Positions 12,541-26,767 of a DNA stretch of 59,024 nucleotides are shown here, piece after piece. The stretch spans positions 15,561,817 to 15,620,840 of the forward strand of contig NC_069008.1 of NCBI RefSeq assembly GCF_001194135.2. Direction: 5' to 3'. The position numbers were made by a program, and so were the translations under genes. The notes beneath the pieces were generated by a model that searched no databases, was not told where the DNA came from, and saw only the letters and a program-made list of their open reading frames with translations. Source of the DNA: Octopus bimaculoides (lineage: Eukaryota). Position 1 is the first letter of the stretch. Every line of letters starts with the position of its first letter.

Positions 12541-13536
12541 ATGGAAAAGTGTGAGAAAAGTATACAGTTGATTTCCCCTGAACACGTAAAAGAAATGAGA
12601 TCATATGACTGTGATATCTGTACAAAGTCTTTTTCTCAAAAAAGTGATCTAATTATGCACAAACGTACTCATACAGGAGAGAAGCCATACCACTGTGATA
12701 TCTGTGGTAAAGCATTCTCTGTTAGTAGTGCTGTAACTAGACACAAACGTATTCATACAGGGGAGAAACCATATCACTGTGATATCTGTGGTAAATCATT
12801 CTCTCAAAATCGTGACTTAACTAGACACAAACATAATCATACAGGAGGTAAACCGTATCATTGTGATGTCTGTGGTAAATCATTCTCTGATAATAGAGCT
12901 TTGATCTCACACCAACGTGTTCATACGAAGGAAAAGCCATATCACTGTGATATCTGTGGTAAATCATTCTCTGAATGTAGTAATCTAACTGCACACAAAC
13001 GTATTCATACAGGAGAGAAACCATATCATTGTGATATCTGTGGTAAAACATTCTCTCAGAATAGTCAGTTAACTGCACACAAACGTTTACATACTGGAGA
13101 GAAACCATTTCACTGTGACATCTGTGGTAAACTGTTTTCTCACAGTAGTCATGTAAATAAACATAAACGTATTCATACAGGAGAGACGCCATATCACTGT
13201 GATATCTGTGGTAAATCATTCTCTGATAGTAGTGCCTTGATTTCACACAAACGCATTCATACAAAGGAGAAGCCATATCACTGTGATGTCTGTGGTATAT
13301 CATTCTCTCAGAGTAGTCACTTAGCTGCACACATACGTATTCATACAGGAGAGAAACCACATCATTGTGATATCTGTGGTAAATCATTCTCTGTAAATAG
13401 TTTGGTGACTAGACACAAACGTATTCATACAGGAGAGAAACCCTATCACTGTGTTGTCTGTGGTAAATCATTCTCTAACAGTAGTCAGTTAACTAATCAC
13501 AAACATATTCATACAGGAGAGAAAGGAAAAGTGTAA
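12541..13536 (+). CDS. C2H2 zinc-finger protein ZNF-3 (11 fingers)
   Basis: Intact ORF. Conserved ATG at 12541 (MEKCEK…); ends HTGEKGKV*. Acceptor ttacactgttgtttctctataatttcAG at 12240-41. Confidence 0.9.
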   Translation: MEKCEKSIQLISPEHVKEMRSYDCDICTKSFSQKSDLIMHKRTHTGEKPYHCDICGKAFSVSSAVTRHKRIHTGEKPYHCDICGKSFSQNRDLTRHKHNHTGGKPYHCDVCGKSFSDNRALISHQRVHTKEKPYHCDICGKSFSECSNLTAHKRIHTGEKPYHCDICGKTFSQNSQLTAHKRLHTGEKPFHCDICGKLFSHSSHVNKHKRIHTGETPYHCDICGKSFSDSSALISHKRIHTKEKPYHCDVCGISFSQSSHLAAHIRIHTGEKPHHCDICGKSFSVNSLVTRHKRIHTGEKPYHCVVCGKSFSNSSQLTNHKHIHTGEKGKV

Positions 13537-13974
13537 TTTCTACAGTTTCTTGTTTGCTATATATTTTTAACATTCCTGTGTTTTATGCAATGGAATTATA
13601 ACTCTAAAAGCATTTCCAAAATTTTAGATGAACACTCATCCATTTTCCTTTCCATAATGTAAGGACCCCTAGCCAAAAACTCTCCCTCTTCCTGATGACC
13701 CTACACATTACTCTTTATTAAATATTGCATTCTCATATTACAGTATATTTATTGTTTATTAGCTTTTAAATGCTTCACTCATTAAATATTTCATACAATA
13801 ACATCAGTTATGACTTTTTCATACACAGGAATATTGTAAACACAAGAGACCCCAAAGGAAGAACACGAGGCATAAATACAGAATATTTGTAGACATTCAG
13901 GACCGAGATATGTGGTGCATTGCTGTACTCAAGAAAACCTGCCCACCACAACACAACCGATATTCTAGAAACAA

Positions 13975-14850
13975 GAGGCCACGTTAAAAGCACTGGTGCT
14001 GGTGCCACATTAAGAGCATTGGTGATGGTGCCACATAAAAAGCATTGGTGATGGTACCATGTAAAAAGCACCCAGTACATTCTGTAAAGTGGTTGGTGTT
14101 AGGAAGGGCATCCAGCTATAAAGACCATGCTAAAACAGACAATGGTGAGCATGGTGTAGCCCTGCATCCTGATGTCGTCAGTGTAGGAATTAGTGGTTTT
14201 GTTTACCTTGTCCACTTAACCCAGAATAGACTTGAGGACCATCACGATGATCTTTGGTGCCAAGTTCAGCTTGAAATCCTACCTGCTCAAACTATTTCGG
14301 GCCCTTATGCCCTACCAGCTGATATTTCCATAATTTCTTGGTCACATGTAGCTGCAGATATGCTGACTTCACGTCTCCCCTGTGGCACGAAATGTAGTCA
14401 TTCAGCTCTTGAAAGTCCACCACTGGCTTGACCATGCTTTCCATTAGCTGTACCACGGCCATCAGTGGCAGCACTCCACTCTTCTTTACTTCAGGGATTG
14501 AAATACTCTCCTCAATTCATCTCTCCACCTCTCCCTCAAACGTTCTCATTGAATCTTCTTTCAGGGTATGCTGATAACAGTGTACCTAATTCCTCCATGT
14601 CAGGGGATCTTCTTTCCAGCTCCACTCAACTGTCCAGAGTTGACCATTGAACACTACCTGAAAATCTTTGTCTGTGCTGGTGTGTGTAACACAGTTCTCT
14701 CCATTGTTCCCCACCTCCACTCTCCTGTTGCAAACACACAGTGCATGGCTCCCCCGCACCACCACATGTTATCCTGTCTTCACTAACCATGTGGGCTTCC
14801 ATAGCTGCCAATTGCCACTACATTCAGCCTACCATTTTGCATTGACACGG
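13975..14850. mobile_element. Degenerate RTE-type LINE remnants (3' tail on plus strand, linker-region fragments on minus)
   Basis: Tail motif aaaagcacc…gtggttggtgttaggaagggcatccagc matches 39060-39345; the rest is highly decayed. Confidence 0.45.
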
Positions 14851-15693
14851 GCCTAAGCGATGAGTTCGCTCATAGACAGCTTCTATCACTCTGTGTGTGT
14901 TTGTGTCTCATATTCATGTCATGTTGTAAATGAGTGTTGCTTTTATTGGGATGGTGCATAATCATTGCGGGTTTTTTTCAACAAAAACAATAACAATATT
15001 TAACATGTTATTGTTTTTGTTGAAAAAAAAGCTGCAATAATTATGCACCAACCTAATATATGTTCTGTTGTGAGGGAATTTGTGGAGGGCCAAGATTGGT
15101 AACATAAACAGGGAGGGCTGCTAAGCCTAAACGAGGTTGTGGTGGCGAACGCGTAAATCAAGCTTGTACAGGAAACAGACAAGAACACATCTTCCTTGAT
15201 CTAACTACAACAGAGAGAGAGAGAGAAATAAACACAAGTTAGGAGAAGAAAGATGGCTGATGGTCACGTGAGCAAGGGAGAGAGAGTGACAGATAGAGAA
15301 CTGTGAAGGGGAGTGGAAAAACTTGGAGATAGGATAAGTGAGAAAAAAAAACAGGAGGGGGTGAAGGGGAGAAAGGAAGAGAGAAAAAACAAAGGAGTAA
15401 TAGGATAGAATAACGTGAGAAGAGGAGGTAAAAGAATAAGAGAAAGAAAGAGTAAAAAGATAGAGTGCGCATCAGAATTATTAAGATACAACTTACTTGG
15501 AAGAGGATGCATGGCATTCAATCATAAGAACATAAATATCTATATATATGCATATGTGGGGACAGGATATCATCAAACGTGTACAACAAAAAATACAAAG
15601 TACGAGTACATGAAATATGAACTGTTTTTTCGAACAGCGAACGACACAAATGGAAAACAAGGCAAAAAAAAAAAAAAAACGATCTGTAATCAT

Positions 15694-16101
15694 AGGCGTA
15701 GGAGTGGCTGTGTGGTAAGTAGCTTGCTGACCAACCACATGGTTCTGGGTTCAATCCCACTGCGTGGCACCTTGGGCAAGTGTCTTCTACTATAGCCTCG
15801 GGCCGACCAAAGCCTTGTGAGTGGATTTAGTAGACGGAAACTGAAAGAAGCCCGTCATATATATGCATATATATATGTATGTGTGTGTGTGTGTATATGT
15901 TAGTGTGTCTATGTTTGTCTCCCCAACAGCGCTTGACAACTGATGGTGGTGTGTTTACGTTCCAGTAATTTAGCGGTTCGGCAAAAGAGACCGATAGAAT
16001 AAGTACTAGGCTTCCAAAGAATAAGTCCTGGGGTCGACTTGACCGACTGAAGGCGGTGCTCCAGCATGGCTGCAGTCAAATGACTGAAACAAGTAAAAGA
16101 G
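15694..16101 (+). mobile_element. SINE family A, full length
   Basis: A box tggctgtgtgg, B box ggttcaatccc, internal (TA/TG)n, tail ending gtaaaagag. Confidence 0.9.
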
Positions 16102-16308
16102 TTGTTGGCTGTTTTTCTACTCTTGTATTTCGAGCATTTAACAAGATACGCTTTCGATAAAACTGCAAAGCAAATTAAATCAAATTTGGGATTTTGCAGA
16201 GGGTCCAAATTGGTAACACAAACAGGACTGAAAACAATATATATATATATATATATATAGACATAAATACTTGGCCATATTTATGGACACACATGGATGA
16301 CCATAAAC

Positions 16309-16665
16309 GCAGGTGTTGCCTCTGTAGTAAGAAGTTTATTTCCTAACCACATGGTTCTAGTTTCAGTCCCACTATTGCACCTTGGGCAAGTGTCTTCCTC
16401 TATGACCTCAGGCCGTCCACAGCCTAACAAGAGGACTAGGAAGATGAAAACTGAAAGAAACCCAATGAATATATATGTGTTTGGAAGCCAATAATGGTTT
16501 CTATATGTCCCTGGTACCTAGCGGTTCAGCAAAAGAGATTAACAGTAACAGAATAGGTAACGAAACTTAAAAAATACAGGGTTCAATATGTTCAACTGAA
16601 TTCTTCGAGACAGAGCTTCAGCATGGTCACAGTTTAATGACTAGAACACGTAAAGAATAAAATAA
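16309..16665 (+). mobile_element. SINE family A, old diverged copy
   Basis: Colinear with 15694-16101 but with many substitutions. Confidence 0.7.
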
Positions 16666-17329
16666 ACACAGCATCAACTGCCATACAGGAATACCTTGCT
16701 TTTTTTTTTTTATTTAGTTGAGTTTAGTTAATTTCATATCAAGTGCCATCCTCATTTGACCAAAGATATTAAGATTTTCTTTTAGTTTTTAATTTAAAAA
16801 AATTTTTCTAGCATTTCTGATCTTTATGTTGACATGTCTGAGCCTTTAGTCAAATGAACTTCTGGAAAGTTTAAGAAGCAAATTTGCCTTCGTTATGTTA
16901 ATCATTTTGCCCCAGAAAGGCAATAATTTTGTGGAATAGTGTTCAGATTGCATTATAATGTTTTTGATGCATTTAGGGAAGTTCATTTCCTTAGCTGATA
17001 TAGTTTTTGTAATGTGGTGAATATTTGCGAAAAATATATTTTGTGTCAAAGTCAGAAATGCAGTAAAACCTCCTCATTGTGCCCCACACTACCCACTAAT
17101 TTATAAAAGAAACTTTGCAGAAAGCCGTTTCAGATTGTGTAAATAATGATTATATCAGAATTAAAAATGTAAATAAACAAAATAATATAATTGCAGGTTC
17201 AGGAAATAAAATAAATACCAGAACAAGATATTATTAAATGAGAACTTTAGTCTTGAAACATTTTCACTATGATACTCCTACACACATCAGTGGTTATAAC
17301 TTCCTGGACAACATTACAAATGATATGGT

Positions 17330-17990
17330 GTGGGTCTTCTCAGTCACAGCATATCTCCAGAGAGTCTCAGTCTCTTCTCATTGCCTCTGTGAGGCCCAAC
17401 ATGTAAAGTCGTGCCTCATCCTATGTCTTCCTCTTCCACTGTTAGGAAGTGACTCTTCTTCACACAGCTCTCCTCATCCATACGCAACACTTGAACATAC
17501 CAGCGCAGTCGTCTCTCTTGCACACCACATCTGATGCTTCTTAAGTCCAACTTTTCTCTCAGGGCACTTACACTCTGTCATGTATGCACACTGACATTAC
17601 ACATCCAGCGGATCATGCTAACTTCATTTCTTTCAAGCCTACATACGCCCTCAACAGTCATGGCCCATGTTACTCTGCCGTGTAGCATGGCAGTACGCAC
17701 ACATGCATCATACAGTCTACCTTTCACTCTGAATGAGTGGCCCTTTGTCACCAGTAGAGGTAAGAAATTTCTGAACTTTGCACAGGCTATTCTTATTCTA
17801 GTGACAACGCTCTCCGAGCATCCACACCAACTACAGACATAGTCACCTAGGTAATGGAAGCTATCAACTACTTCTAGTTTCTCCCTCTGGCATGTGATGG
17901 AATCTGCTGAGCATCTTCGGTGTTAATTACCCCTGTATATTGCCACACACAAAAGCTATCAGCCGTAGCCTATACCAGTGTCGCATAACC
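17330..17990 (-). mobile_element. RTE LINE, C-terminal ORF fragment
   Basis: Minus strand reads GCSESVVTRIRIACAKFRNFLPLLVTKG…VKGRLYDACVRTAML…ERNEVSMIRWMC…VLRMDEESCVKKS…DLWRYAVTEKT. Confidence 0.85.
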
Positions 17991-18770
17991 AGCCCATTAT
18001 AAAATACCTTTTAATTGTCGGGCGACATGCTGTGCTTGAGGAAACCTATTGAGTCACGTAAAATAAAAAAATGGAAACTGTAGTTGTGGCTGATGTTAGT
18101 GCCACCTGACTGGCCCCTGTGCTGGTCGAATGTAAAAAGCACCAACAATAAGTAACATTTTTCTTTTATGGCAAAGTATGCACCGAATTCAATAAAATTA
18201 CAAAGGTTACCTAATTATTACGCATAACATGCAAAATGACTTATTTTTTTTTTGTAGATTCAGTAGAGATAATTCACTCCTGCCCCTCAATGTTAAAACT
18301 ACATGTAGTACAGCTGTAGTACACGTGCTGTGTACATTCCTATAACAAAGTTTTCTTTCCACGCTAAAAAGACAAGTAATTCTGCCTCCAACTCAGTCGG
18401 ATGCCTGTTTTTCACTTATTTTTTGGCGTGTTTCACTATGCAAACATCACCAACTGCCTACCCCGAGTAATCACTTATGGTACATGCCTGATGTGTAGGG
18501 TTGTCAGGAGGAGGAGTTTTGGTTTCGAAGTCCTTACATTATAGAAAGGAATCTGTACAAGCAGTCATGGAACAAGCAGAAGTGAAAATTACAAACACAA
18601 TACAAAAGGAAATATAAAATTTTTGAAATATTTTTATCCATATTTTCCCATCAGATGAAACACAGGTATATCAAAAATATATAGTAGACAAGAAACTACC
18701 CTTTTCCTTTCTTCCCTGTATGAATATATTTGTGTCTTGCTGAGTGACAATTTTGAGAAAATGATTTACC

Positions 18771-19823
18771 TCAGATATGGCAATGATATGGTTTCTCCCC
18801 TGCATGAACATGTTTGTGTCTAGATAAGTTATTATTTTGAGAGAATGATTTACCACAGACGTAACAGCGATATGGTTTCTCTCCTGTATGAATCAGTTTG
18901 TGTGTCATTAAGTTACTATCCTGAGAGAATGATTTACCACAGATATCACACTGATATGGTTTCTCTCCTGTATGCATACGTCTGTGCTTTGCTAAGCCAC
19001 TTTTGTTGGAGAATGAATTACCACAAGTATCACAGTGATATGGCTTCTCTCCTGTATGCATACGTCTGTGCTTTGCTAAGCCACTTTTGTTAGAGAATGA
19101 ATTACCACAAGTATCACAGTGATATGGTTTCTCTCCTGTATGAATCAGTTTGTGTGTCATTAAGTTACTATCCTGAGAGAATGATTTACCACAGATATCA
19201 CACTGATATGGTTTCTCTCCTGTATGCATACGTCTGTGCTTTGCTAAGCCACTATTGTTAGAGAATGAATTACCACAAATATCACAAGGAAATGGTTTCT
19301 CTCCTGTATGAATACGTTTATGTGAGGTTAAGATACTATTAACAGAGAATGATTTACCACAGATATCACAATGATATGGCTTCTCTCCTGTATGAGTTCT
19401 TTTGTGTGTAGTAACGTGAATACTTCTAGAGAATGATTTACCACAGATATCACAGTGATATGGTTTCTCTCCTGTATGAGTACGTTTGTGCAAAGTAACG
19501 TGATCACTGGTAGAGAATGATTTACCACAGATATCGCAATGATATGGTTTCTCTCCTGTATGAATACGTTTGTGCACAGTAACGTAACCACTGTTTAAGA
19601 ATGATTTACCACAAATATCACACTGATATCGTTTCTCTCCTGTATGAGTACGTTTGTGCACAGTAACATGACCACTGTTAGGAAATGATTTACCACAGAT
19701 ATCACAGTGATATGGTTTCTCTCCTGTATGTGTACGTTTGTGCGTAGATAAGTTACGACTGCAAGAGAATGATTTACCACAGATATCACACTGATATTGC
19801 ATCTCTCCTGTATATCTGTGCAT
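18771..19823 (-). CDS. C2H2 zinc-finger protein ZNF-4 (12 fingers, leader deleted, nonsense codon in finger 13)
   Basis: 350-aa ORF. In-frame TGA replaces a Cys codon of the terminal finger; the frame continues to HTGKKGKG* at 18696. Confidence 0.85.
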   Translation of the reverse strand: MHRYTGEMQYQCDICGKSFSCSRNLSTHKRTHTGEKPYHCDICGKSFPNSGHVTVHKRTHTGEKRYQCDICGKSFLNSGYVTVHKRIHTGEKPYHCDICGKSFSTSDHVTLHKRTHTGEKPYHCDICGKSFSRSIHVTTHKRTHTGEKPYHCDICGKSFSVNSILTSHKRIHTGEKPFPCDICGNSFSNNSGLAKHRRMHTGEKPYQCDICGKSFSQDSNLMTHKLIHTGEKPYHCDTCGNSFSNKSGLAKHRRMHTGEKPYHCDTCGNSFSNKSGLAKHRRMHTGEKPYQCDICGKSFSQDSNLMTHKLIHTGEKPYRCYVCGKSFSQNNNLSRHKHVHAGEKPYHCHI

Positions 19824-20048
19824 AATTAGTTTCTACCACAGATTTGTAGAAACAATCTAATACGTCCGTTTCGTATGATATTTTCGTTTAGTCTTTAAAA
19901 CAGGATAGATATTGACGATGTGTCTTCCGTTACGTCACTGTTATTTGATGTTCTGAAATTATAGAGAAACAACAGTGTAAGACGTAGAAGCTATTTAAAA
20001 AATACAGGTTCATTTCTATTGAGATAATCTTCGGAAATAAACATTTAC

Positions 20049-20290
20049 CTTAACAACTGAGCTGGATGCCGACAGCTCCATAAAGGAGTACTAATCTCTA
20101 AAAGTCGATGGAACATGTGGGTCACTCAGAAGGACATGGTATGAAGTGCTCAAGAACCTTTCTGATGAGATGACAAAGGACCAAGATTCCTGGTGCCTTG
20201 TTGTACTCAAGGAGATCCGTACTTCATAACAGAAGTGTTAAGACTCGTCCCTCTGGTGGTTAAAAGCACTTATGGCCATTCCTCATTTAA
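20049..20290. mobile_element. Cassette-borne RTE fragment with putative mini-exon 2 of ZNF-4 (20049-20097, minus)
   Basis: Plus strand: DADSSIKEY*SLKVDGTCGSLRRTWYEVLKN…EMTKDQDSW. AG at 20098-99, GT at 20047-48, 96-nt intron to 19953. Confidence 0.6.
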
Positions 20291-20550
20291 ATGTTGAAGT
20301 GAATCCAACAGTTTTTGTGTGTTTCTTAAATGACTTATAAACACCTTCCACGCTGCATTTGTTTTTAATTTCAGCACACGATCTCAGATCAGGTCACTTG
20401 CTATGCAAGTACATCTCCGTAATTTTCCTTAAAAATCGGATCTTGTCAATTTTCTGAAGTCCTCTCCCCACCTCCTCGGAAAAGATTTTACCCACAAATC
20501 TCTCAATAATCATAATCTATGGTGTTTCAAGGGTATTTAGATAAAGATTT

Positions 20551-20990
20551 TAGGCGTAGGAGTGGCTGTGTGGTAAGTAGCTTGTTTACCAACCAAATGG
20601 TTCCGGGTTCAGTCCCACTGTGTGGCACCTTGGGCAAGTATCTTCTACTATAGCCTCGGGTCGACCANNNNNNNNNNNNNNNNNNNNNNNNNNNNNNNNN
20701 NNNNCAAAGCCTTGTGAGTGGATTTGCTAGACGGAAACTGAAAGAAGCCCGTCGTATATATGTATGTATGTGTATATGTTTGTATGTTTGTGTTTGTCCC
20801 CCCAGCATCGCTTGACAACCGATGCTGGTGTGTTTATGTACCCGTCACTTAGCGGTTCGGCAAAAGAGACCGATAAAATAAGTACTAGGCTTCCAAAGAA
20901 TAAGTCCTGGGGTCGATTTGTTCGACTAAAGGTGGTGCTCCAGCATGGCCACAGTCAAATGACTGAAACAAGTAAAAGAGTAAAAAAGTA
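20551..20990 (+). mobile_element. SINE family A
   Basis: Full copy with an internal N-gap. Confidence 0.9.
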
Positions 20991-21334
20991 ACCACAAATT
21001 TCTTTTTAATCGTAATCTCAACAGTTTGAAATATATTTATATAAAATTTCACTTACAAAATCCCTTTTCCTAAAAGTTATGAGGGAAAAACTCGAATCTT
21101 TTCAATTTTCCGAAGTCCTCCCCCACCTCGCGTTTTTGTTTCCATATTCGTTTTCTTCACTTTTTTACACCCGTTGCACAACATTGTTTTTAATTTTTTT
21201 CTTTTATTTTAAACATTAACCAAATAAGGTATTCGGCTTCTAAACATTTCAGTGGTCGGGGTGTATTTCAGCACATTTCTCAAACTAAAAAGTGCAACAA
21301 ACGGGGCAACGATGGAGAGTGCAGAAGGTAGCTT

Positions 21335-21715
21335 CCATAGCTAAAAATAGCAGCTAAATCACACACAGATCATAGAATCTCTCTTCCATAGCTAGAAATA
21401 ACAGCCAAATCTCGTACAAATCAAGGACATCTCTCATTCATAAATTATATAAGGGAAACAAAGAACCGATGAACCGAAAACCGAACGTCTACGGAATTAT
21501 AAACATTGAATATTTTCATTGCTTCAACACTTACAGAAATGTTTCATAAAGGATGGTGTTGTTACATATGTGTGTATTTGGTAGTTGAGAGATACATTAT
21601 AAATATCAGAAATGTATAATTAGCTGATTAAGAAAAACGTATGCATAGGACATTTAACCGGATATCAACTTCAAGCAGGAAGTACATTAAATACGCATGT
21701 ATTGGTAAAAATATC
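21335..21715 (-). promoter_or_regulatory. Cassette P5 (exon 1 of ZNF-4), palindrome decayed
   Basis: Donor cacttac at 21528-21534; motif position reads tacgcatgtat at about 21692-21702. Confidence 0.55.
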
Positions 21716-21826
21716 TAAGGTAGCTAACTGTCTTTAAATCCCCTTTGGTCTTAGTATGTTGTAGTTAATTATATCTATATCTGCTTGTTTTTGTTCGTAT
21801 TAATACCTGACTGTATCGACCATTCT

Positions 21827-22179
21827 GTGGAGGCGCAATGGCCCAGTGGCTAGGGCAGCGGACTTGCAATCATAGGATCGCGGTTTCGATTCCCAGACCG
21901 GGCATTGTGAGTGTTTATTGAGCGAAAACACCTAAAGCACTAAAAGGCTCCGGCAGGGGATGGTGGCGAACCCTGCTGTACTCTTCCACCACAACTTTCT
22001 CTTACTTCCTGTTTCTGTTGTGCCTGTAATTCAAAGGGTCAGCCTTGTCACGCTGAATATCCCCGAGAACTACGTTAAGGGTACGGTACACGTGTCTATG
22101 GAGTGCTCAGCCACTTGCACGTTAATTTCACGAGCAGGCTGTTCCGTTGATCGGATCAACTGGAACCCTCGACGGAGTA
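21827..22179 (+). mobile_element. SINE family B
   Basis: A box tggcccagtgg, B box gtttcgattcc, body identical in layout to 50185-50559. Confidence 0.9.
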
Positions 22180-22265
22180 TTGACTATCCTATCAGATGTT
22201 GTAATACGTCGCCGCTCACCGTTCCCTTCTTCACTGGGCCGTTCTTTGCCGTCTGGCCTCAAATA

Positions 22266-22365
22266 TTAGTCGTGATATCTACATTGGAATCATTCTCTGA
22301 AAATAATGTCTTTACCAGACATGTTTTTATTTATATGAGAGCGTAACTATATAAATGTGACACTT
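22266..22365 (+). pseudogene. Relic single C2H2 finger, divergent from ZNF-4
   Basis: gat atc tac att gga a tca ttc tct gaa aat aat gtc ttt acc aga cat…tat aaa tgt gac aligns to [29 protein letters not shown]. Confidence 0.55.
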
Positions 22366-23429
22366 CATAACAACAACAACAACAGGTATTTTACCTTGCG
22401 CCTAAATTCGGGTTAGTCTTATAGGTTTTATCCAGAGCAACAATTAATCCATTCGATGTGGCTCTGGTTTTTAGGCTGTTATTTACAGTTGGTTGATCTC
22501 TTGCAGCAATATTGTTTCCTGTCAAAATTGCTTCCATGTGAAATAAAAACTCACCAACCAATAAGTCTAAATTTATTCATAGATGCAAAGAAATACAACA
22601 GTTGCTGATAACAGCTTTCCAAATTTGTATTTTACATCCCTCCATCTATAATTACATTCTTGAGATAACTAACCCTAACCCTAATATTTTTACTACACAT
22701 AATTTCTTAGAATCTCTCTTCCATAGCATGTATAAAGCTTCAGCTTGTTAAATTCATCATCCATAGAATAAAAGCCAGAAGAAATACATCAAAGACAAGA
22801 CATATTGTCTGTTACAAGTGTCGAGTAAAGAAAAAAAAAAAGAGCATTCTACTTACTGTTACATGTGTCAAGTAAAAGAGAGCATTCTGTTTATTGTTCC
22901 ATTTTTATAAAATTCTCATAGGTTCTCTAGATTGAAGTGGATTTAGGCTCACATGCTGAAGAAATGGATAAGGTTATCCAAGTTGAACAGAGGCAACAAA
23001 AGATAGTGCAAAACTAGAGGAAAAAGAAAGGTGGGTGGGCGAAAGCTTACAGAAGTATCCAGGCTATGGTTTTACTTCCTGATCTAGAATCCAGGATGAA
23101 ATTACTTCACATAGATATGAGATGGTACCAAAATGTTCTTGGACTGGTCATGTCCTGCCACTTTTGGAATCCAGCCTGGAAGTCATTTTCCGTAAGGAAG
23201 TCAGGGACCATCTGGAATTTGCTATGGATGTTCATAAAGGTCTTAAAACAATGACTACAGGTGACAAATCTGGTAAATATGGTAGATGCAGAAGTTGCTT
23301 TCGGCAAGTAACTCACAAGTAAGAATCTTAATGATAGGTTGTACTGTCATTGTGATGACACCAATTCTTTGTGCTACACAGATCCTTTATACTAAATTCC
23401 AAAAAGTACTCATTTTTTACTCTGGCAAA

Positions 23430-24390
23430 GCCATTCATTTACTAGCTTTTGCAGCAGCTACCATATGAGTGAGCTTGTCAGATGCTTCCTCCATGTTGAC
23501 AATGGTTTACTTCTGAAATTGCCAAACTATAAACAGAGTACTAATAGTACTTCTCTACTAAATGAAACCAAACTGCATCTCATCAAGGCTAAGTCTCTTT
23601 CTAATTAACTGGACTGACTCTTTCAATGACTTTCATAGCCTGGTCCAATAATCTGAAATCTCTGCATTTACTTCTAAGACATCTCCTTTACCCTCGAAAC
23701 ATTTTCATTATGATGCTGCTACACATATCACTGGCACATTCTTTCTGGACCTTATTAATTATATGGTGACAAGGCTGTATCTTAATATGCTACATATCTA
23801 AAGCATTTTAGATGTAATTCCTGAGAACCAAGGGGCTTTCAGTCTTCATATTCTTAAATGTCACAAACAAGACTCCCTAGACCCTCTCTCATGTTCAGTT
23901 CTGGAAGGCTCTCTCAGTCATGTTCCACATTTAGTCACCTTTCATATTCGCACTTCAATGCCTTTCCCGTCTCACAATTATCCATCTTCACACATCCCAT
24001 GCTTCTATTTCTTCAAACCAGAATACTTCATATTTTTAGTCCTCAAACTATAAAATATTCGCATAACTTTTTTCAGTATTTTCCCTTGCTAAACAGACTT
24101 GTCCCTAGCTTCTCTTTGTTCATATTCTTCCAAATCTTCCAAGACTGCATTTTTTTGGTTCTATTGCTCAGTATACTTCCCTATTCGACCATCACGTCAC
24201 ACTTCACCTGACTAACATTTGTCACCGATTTCTTCAGCTCTCCTTAGTTTGTATTGTAAGAACTTCCAATTGTCTTCTATGTTATACATCTTCACATTTC
24301 CAACTGTTTGAAAGAACCCTAATCTTCGAGAACTTCCTCTTCCAGATAGGTTAAAATCTTTCAGATTTTGCTCAAAGTCGCAAGTCTGTA
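23430..24390 (-). mobile_element. Degenerate RTE-type LINE fragment in the ZNF-5 3' flank
   Basis: Minus strand CVKMDN…KCEYER*LNVEHD*ESLPE resembles the RTE linker region. 23430-23935 is duplicated in inverted orientation at about 45085-45580. Confidence 0.5.
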
Positions 24391-24634
24391 ATTACAGGAT
24401 GCAATATTCAATAAAGAATAATGTATGGGGTTGTCAGGAGAAGGAGAATTGGTACACAGTTCCTAACATTACTGAAAGGAATCTGTACAAGATAATGATT
24501 TACCACAGATATCAGAAAGAGAGGTGAAAATTGCAAAATCAAAACATAAAATTTTTAATTTTTGAAATATTTTAAAGTCATATTTTCCATTGCATGAAAC
24601 ACAGTAATATAAAAAATACACACCAAACAAGAAT

Positions 24635-26272
24635 CTACCCTTTACCTTTCTCTCCTGTATGAATATGCTTGTGTTTTGTTAAGTCACAATTTTGAGAGAA
24701 TGATTTACCACAGATATCACAGTGATAAGGTTTCTCTCCTGTATGAGTACGATTGTGTTTTGTTAAGGCAGTATTTTCAGAGAAAGAGTTACCACAAATA
24801 TCACACTGATATGGTTTCTCTCCTGTATGTATACGTTTGTGTGCAGAAATGTGACTACTTCTAGAGAATGATTTACCACAGATATCACAGTGATAAGGTT
24901 TCTCTCCTGTGTGAATATGTTTGTGTCTAGATAAGTTACTACTGTTAGAGAATGATTTACCACAGCTACCACAGTGATATCGTCTCTCTCCAGTATGTAT
25001 ATATTTGTGTTTCATTAAGTTACTATTTTGAGAGAATGATTTACCACAGATATCACAGTGATGTGGCTTCTCTCCTGTATGAATAGAGTTGTGTCTAGTT
25101 AATTTGCTACTTTCAGAGAATGATTTACCACAGACATCACAGTGATATGGTTTCTCTCCTGTATGAATACGTTTATGTGCAGTTAAGATGCTATTCAGAG
25201 AGAATGATTTACCACAGATATCACAATGATAAGGCTTCTCTCCTGTATGAATACGTTTATGTTTAGTTAAGTCATTATATTTGGAGAATGATTTACTACA
25301 GATATCACAATGATATGACTTCTCACCTGTGTGAATACGTTTGTGTGTAGAAAGATTACTACTACTTGAGAATGATTTACCACAAATATCACAATGATAT
25401 GGTTTCTCTCCTGTATGAGTATGTTTGTGTGTAGTCAAGTCACCATTTTGAGAGAATGATTTACCACAGATGTCACAGTGATATGGCTTCTCTCCTGTAT
25501 GTATATATTTGTGTTTCATTAAGTTACTATTTTGAGAGAATGATTTACCACAGATATCACAGTGATATGGCTTCTCTCCTGTATGAATAGAGTTGTGTTT
25601 AGTTAATGTACCACTTTCAGAGAATGATTTACCACAGATATCACACTGATATGGTCTCTCTCCTGAATGAGTACGTTTATGTGCAATTAAGACACAATTA
25701 TGAGAGAATGATTTACCACAGATATCACAACGATATGGTTTCTCTCCTGTATGAATACGCTTGTGCTTTGTTAAGGCAGCATTTTCAGTGAAAGAGTTAC
25801 CACAAATATCACAATGATATGGCTTCTCACCTGTATGAGTACGTTTGTGTGCAGTAACGCGATTACTTCTAGAGAATGATTTACCACAGATATTACACTG
25901 ATATGGTTTCTCTCCTGTATGAGTACGTTTGTGAGCAGTAACATAACCACTGCTAGAAAATGATTTACCACAGATATCACAATGATATGGTCTCTCCCCT
26001 GTGTGAATATGTTTGTGTGTAGATAAGTAACTACTGTAAGAGAATGATTTACCACAGATATCACAGTGATATGGTCTCTCTCCTGAATGAATACGTTTAT
26101 GTGCAATTAAGACACAATTATGAGAGAATGATTTACCACAGATATCACAATGATATGGTTTCTCTCCTGTATGTATACGTTTGTGTGCAGAAATGTGACT
26201 ACTTCTAGAGAATGATTTACCACAGATATCACAGTGATAAGGTTTCTCTCCTGTATGAATACGTTTATGCAT
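24635..26272 (-). CDS. C2H2 zinc-finger protein ZNF-5 (19 fingers)
   Basis: Intact array from the internal ATG at 26272 (MHKRIH…) to HTGEKGKG*. The old start (26335) is closed by TAA at codon 9. Confidence 0.9.
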   Translation of the reverse strand: MHKRIHTGEKPYHCDICGKSFSRSSHISAHKRIHTGEKPYHCDICGKSFSHNCVLIAHKRIHSGERPYHCDICGKSFSYSSYLSTHKHIHTGERPYHCDICGKSFSSSGYVTAHKRTHTGEKPYQCNICGKSFSRSNRVTAHKRTHTGEKPYHCDICGNSFTENAALTKHKRIHTGEKPYRCDICGKSFSHNCVLIAHKRTHSGERPYQCDICGKSFSESGTLTKHNSIHTGEKPYHCDICGKSFSQNSNLMKHKYIHTGEKPYHCDICGKSFSQNGDLTTHKHTHTGEKPYHCDICGKSFSSSSNLSTHKRIHTGEKSYHCDICSKSFSKYNDLTKHKRIHTGEKPYHCDICGKSFSLNSILTAHKRIHTGEKPYHCDVCGKSFSESSKLTRHNSIHTGEKPHHCDICGKSFSQNSNLMKHKYIHTGERRYHCGSCGKSFSNSSNLSRHKHIHTGEKPYHCDICGKSFSRSSHISAHKRIHTGEKPYQCDICGNSFSENTALTKHNRTHTGEKPYHCDICGKSFSQNCDLTKHKHIHTGEKGKG

Positions 26273-26767
26273 AATTAGTTTACTTTCTTTGATTTCAGAG
26301 GAAATCAATTATACCATTTTCTCACTCTTTTCCATTATTATTCCCCTCAAATCCAAGTTTATATATTTTCCTTCCTTTTGTTCTTTTACTTTCTTCCTTA
26401 CAAACACTTCTACACCTGTATTTCTGTCCAGGGTTACCTTTCTTTAGCAACACTTACATAAATTTATCCAACTTCAATCAGCACACAGGCTCGTCTTCTT
26501 GACACTCCAGTCAGGGTTGTTCACAAATTAGACTATTAATGTTATTTGAAAGCAAATGTTTCACAGGAATTCCTCCACAGATTTGTAGAAACAATCTGAT
26601 CCATCTGATCCGTATAATTGTTTACTTCAGTGTTTAAAACATGGTAGATATTGAGGATGTTTCTTCCGTTACGTCAATGCCGTCTGAGGTTCTGAAATTA
26701 TAGAGAAACAACAGTGTAAGATGTAGAGGCTACTTCAAATATAGATTTATTTCTATCTGTAGATTAC

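Noticed and set aside
15694-15770. tRNA genes at the SINE heads
   Set aside because: A and B boxes are present but there is no complete cloverleaf, and each head continues into a SINE body.
18771-18773. In-frame UGA replacing Cys in ZNF-4 read as selenocysteine
   Set aside because: No SECIS-like element was recognised, the promoter motif is decayed, and equivalent lesions at this codon in other copies are frameshifts. A nonsense mutation is more likely.
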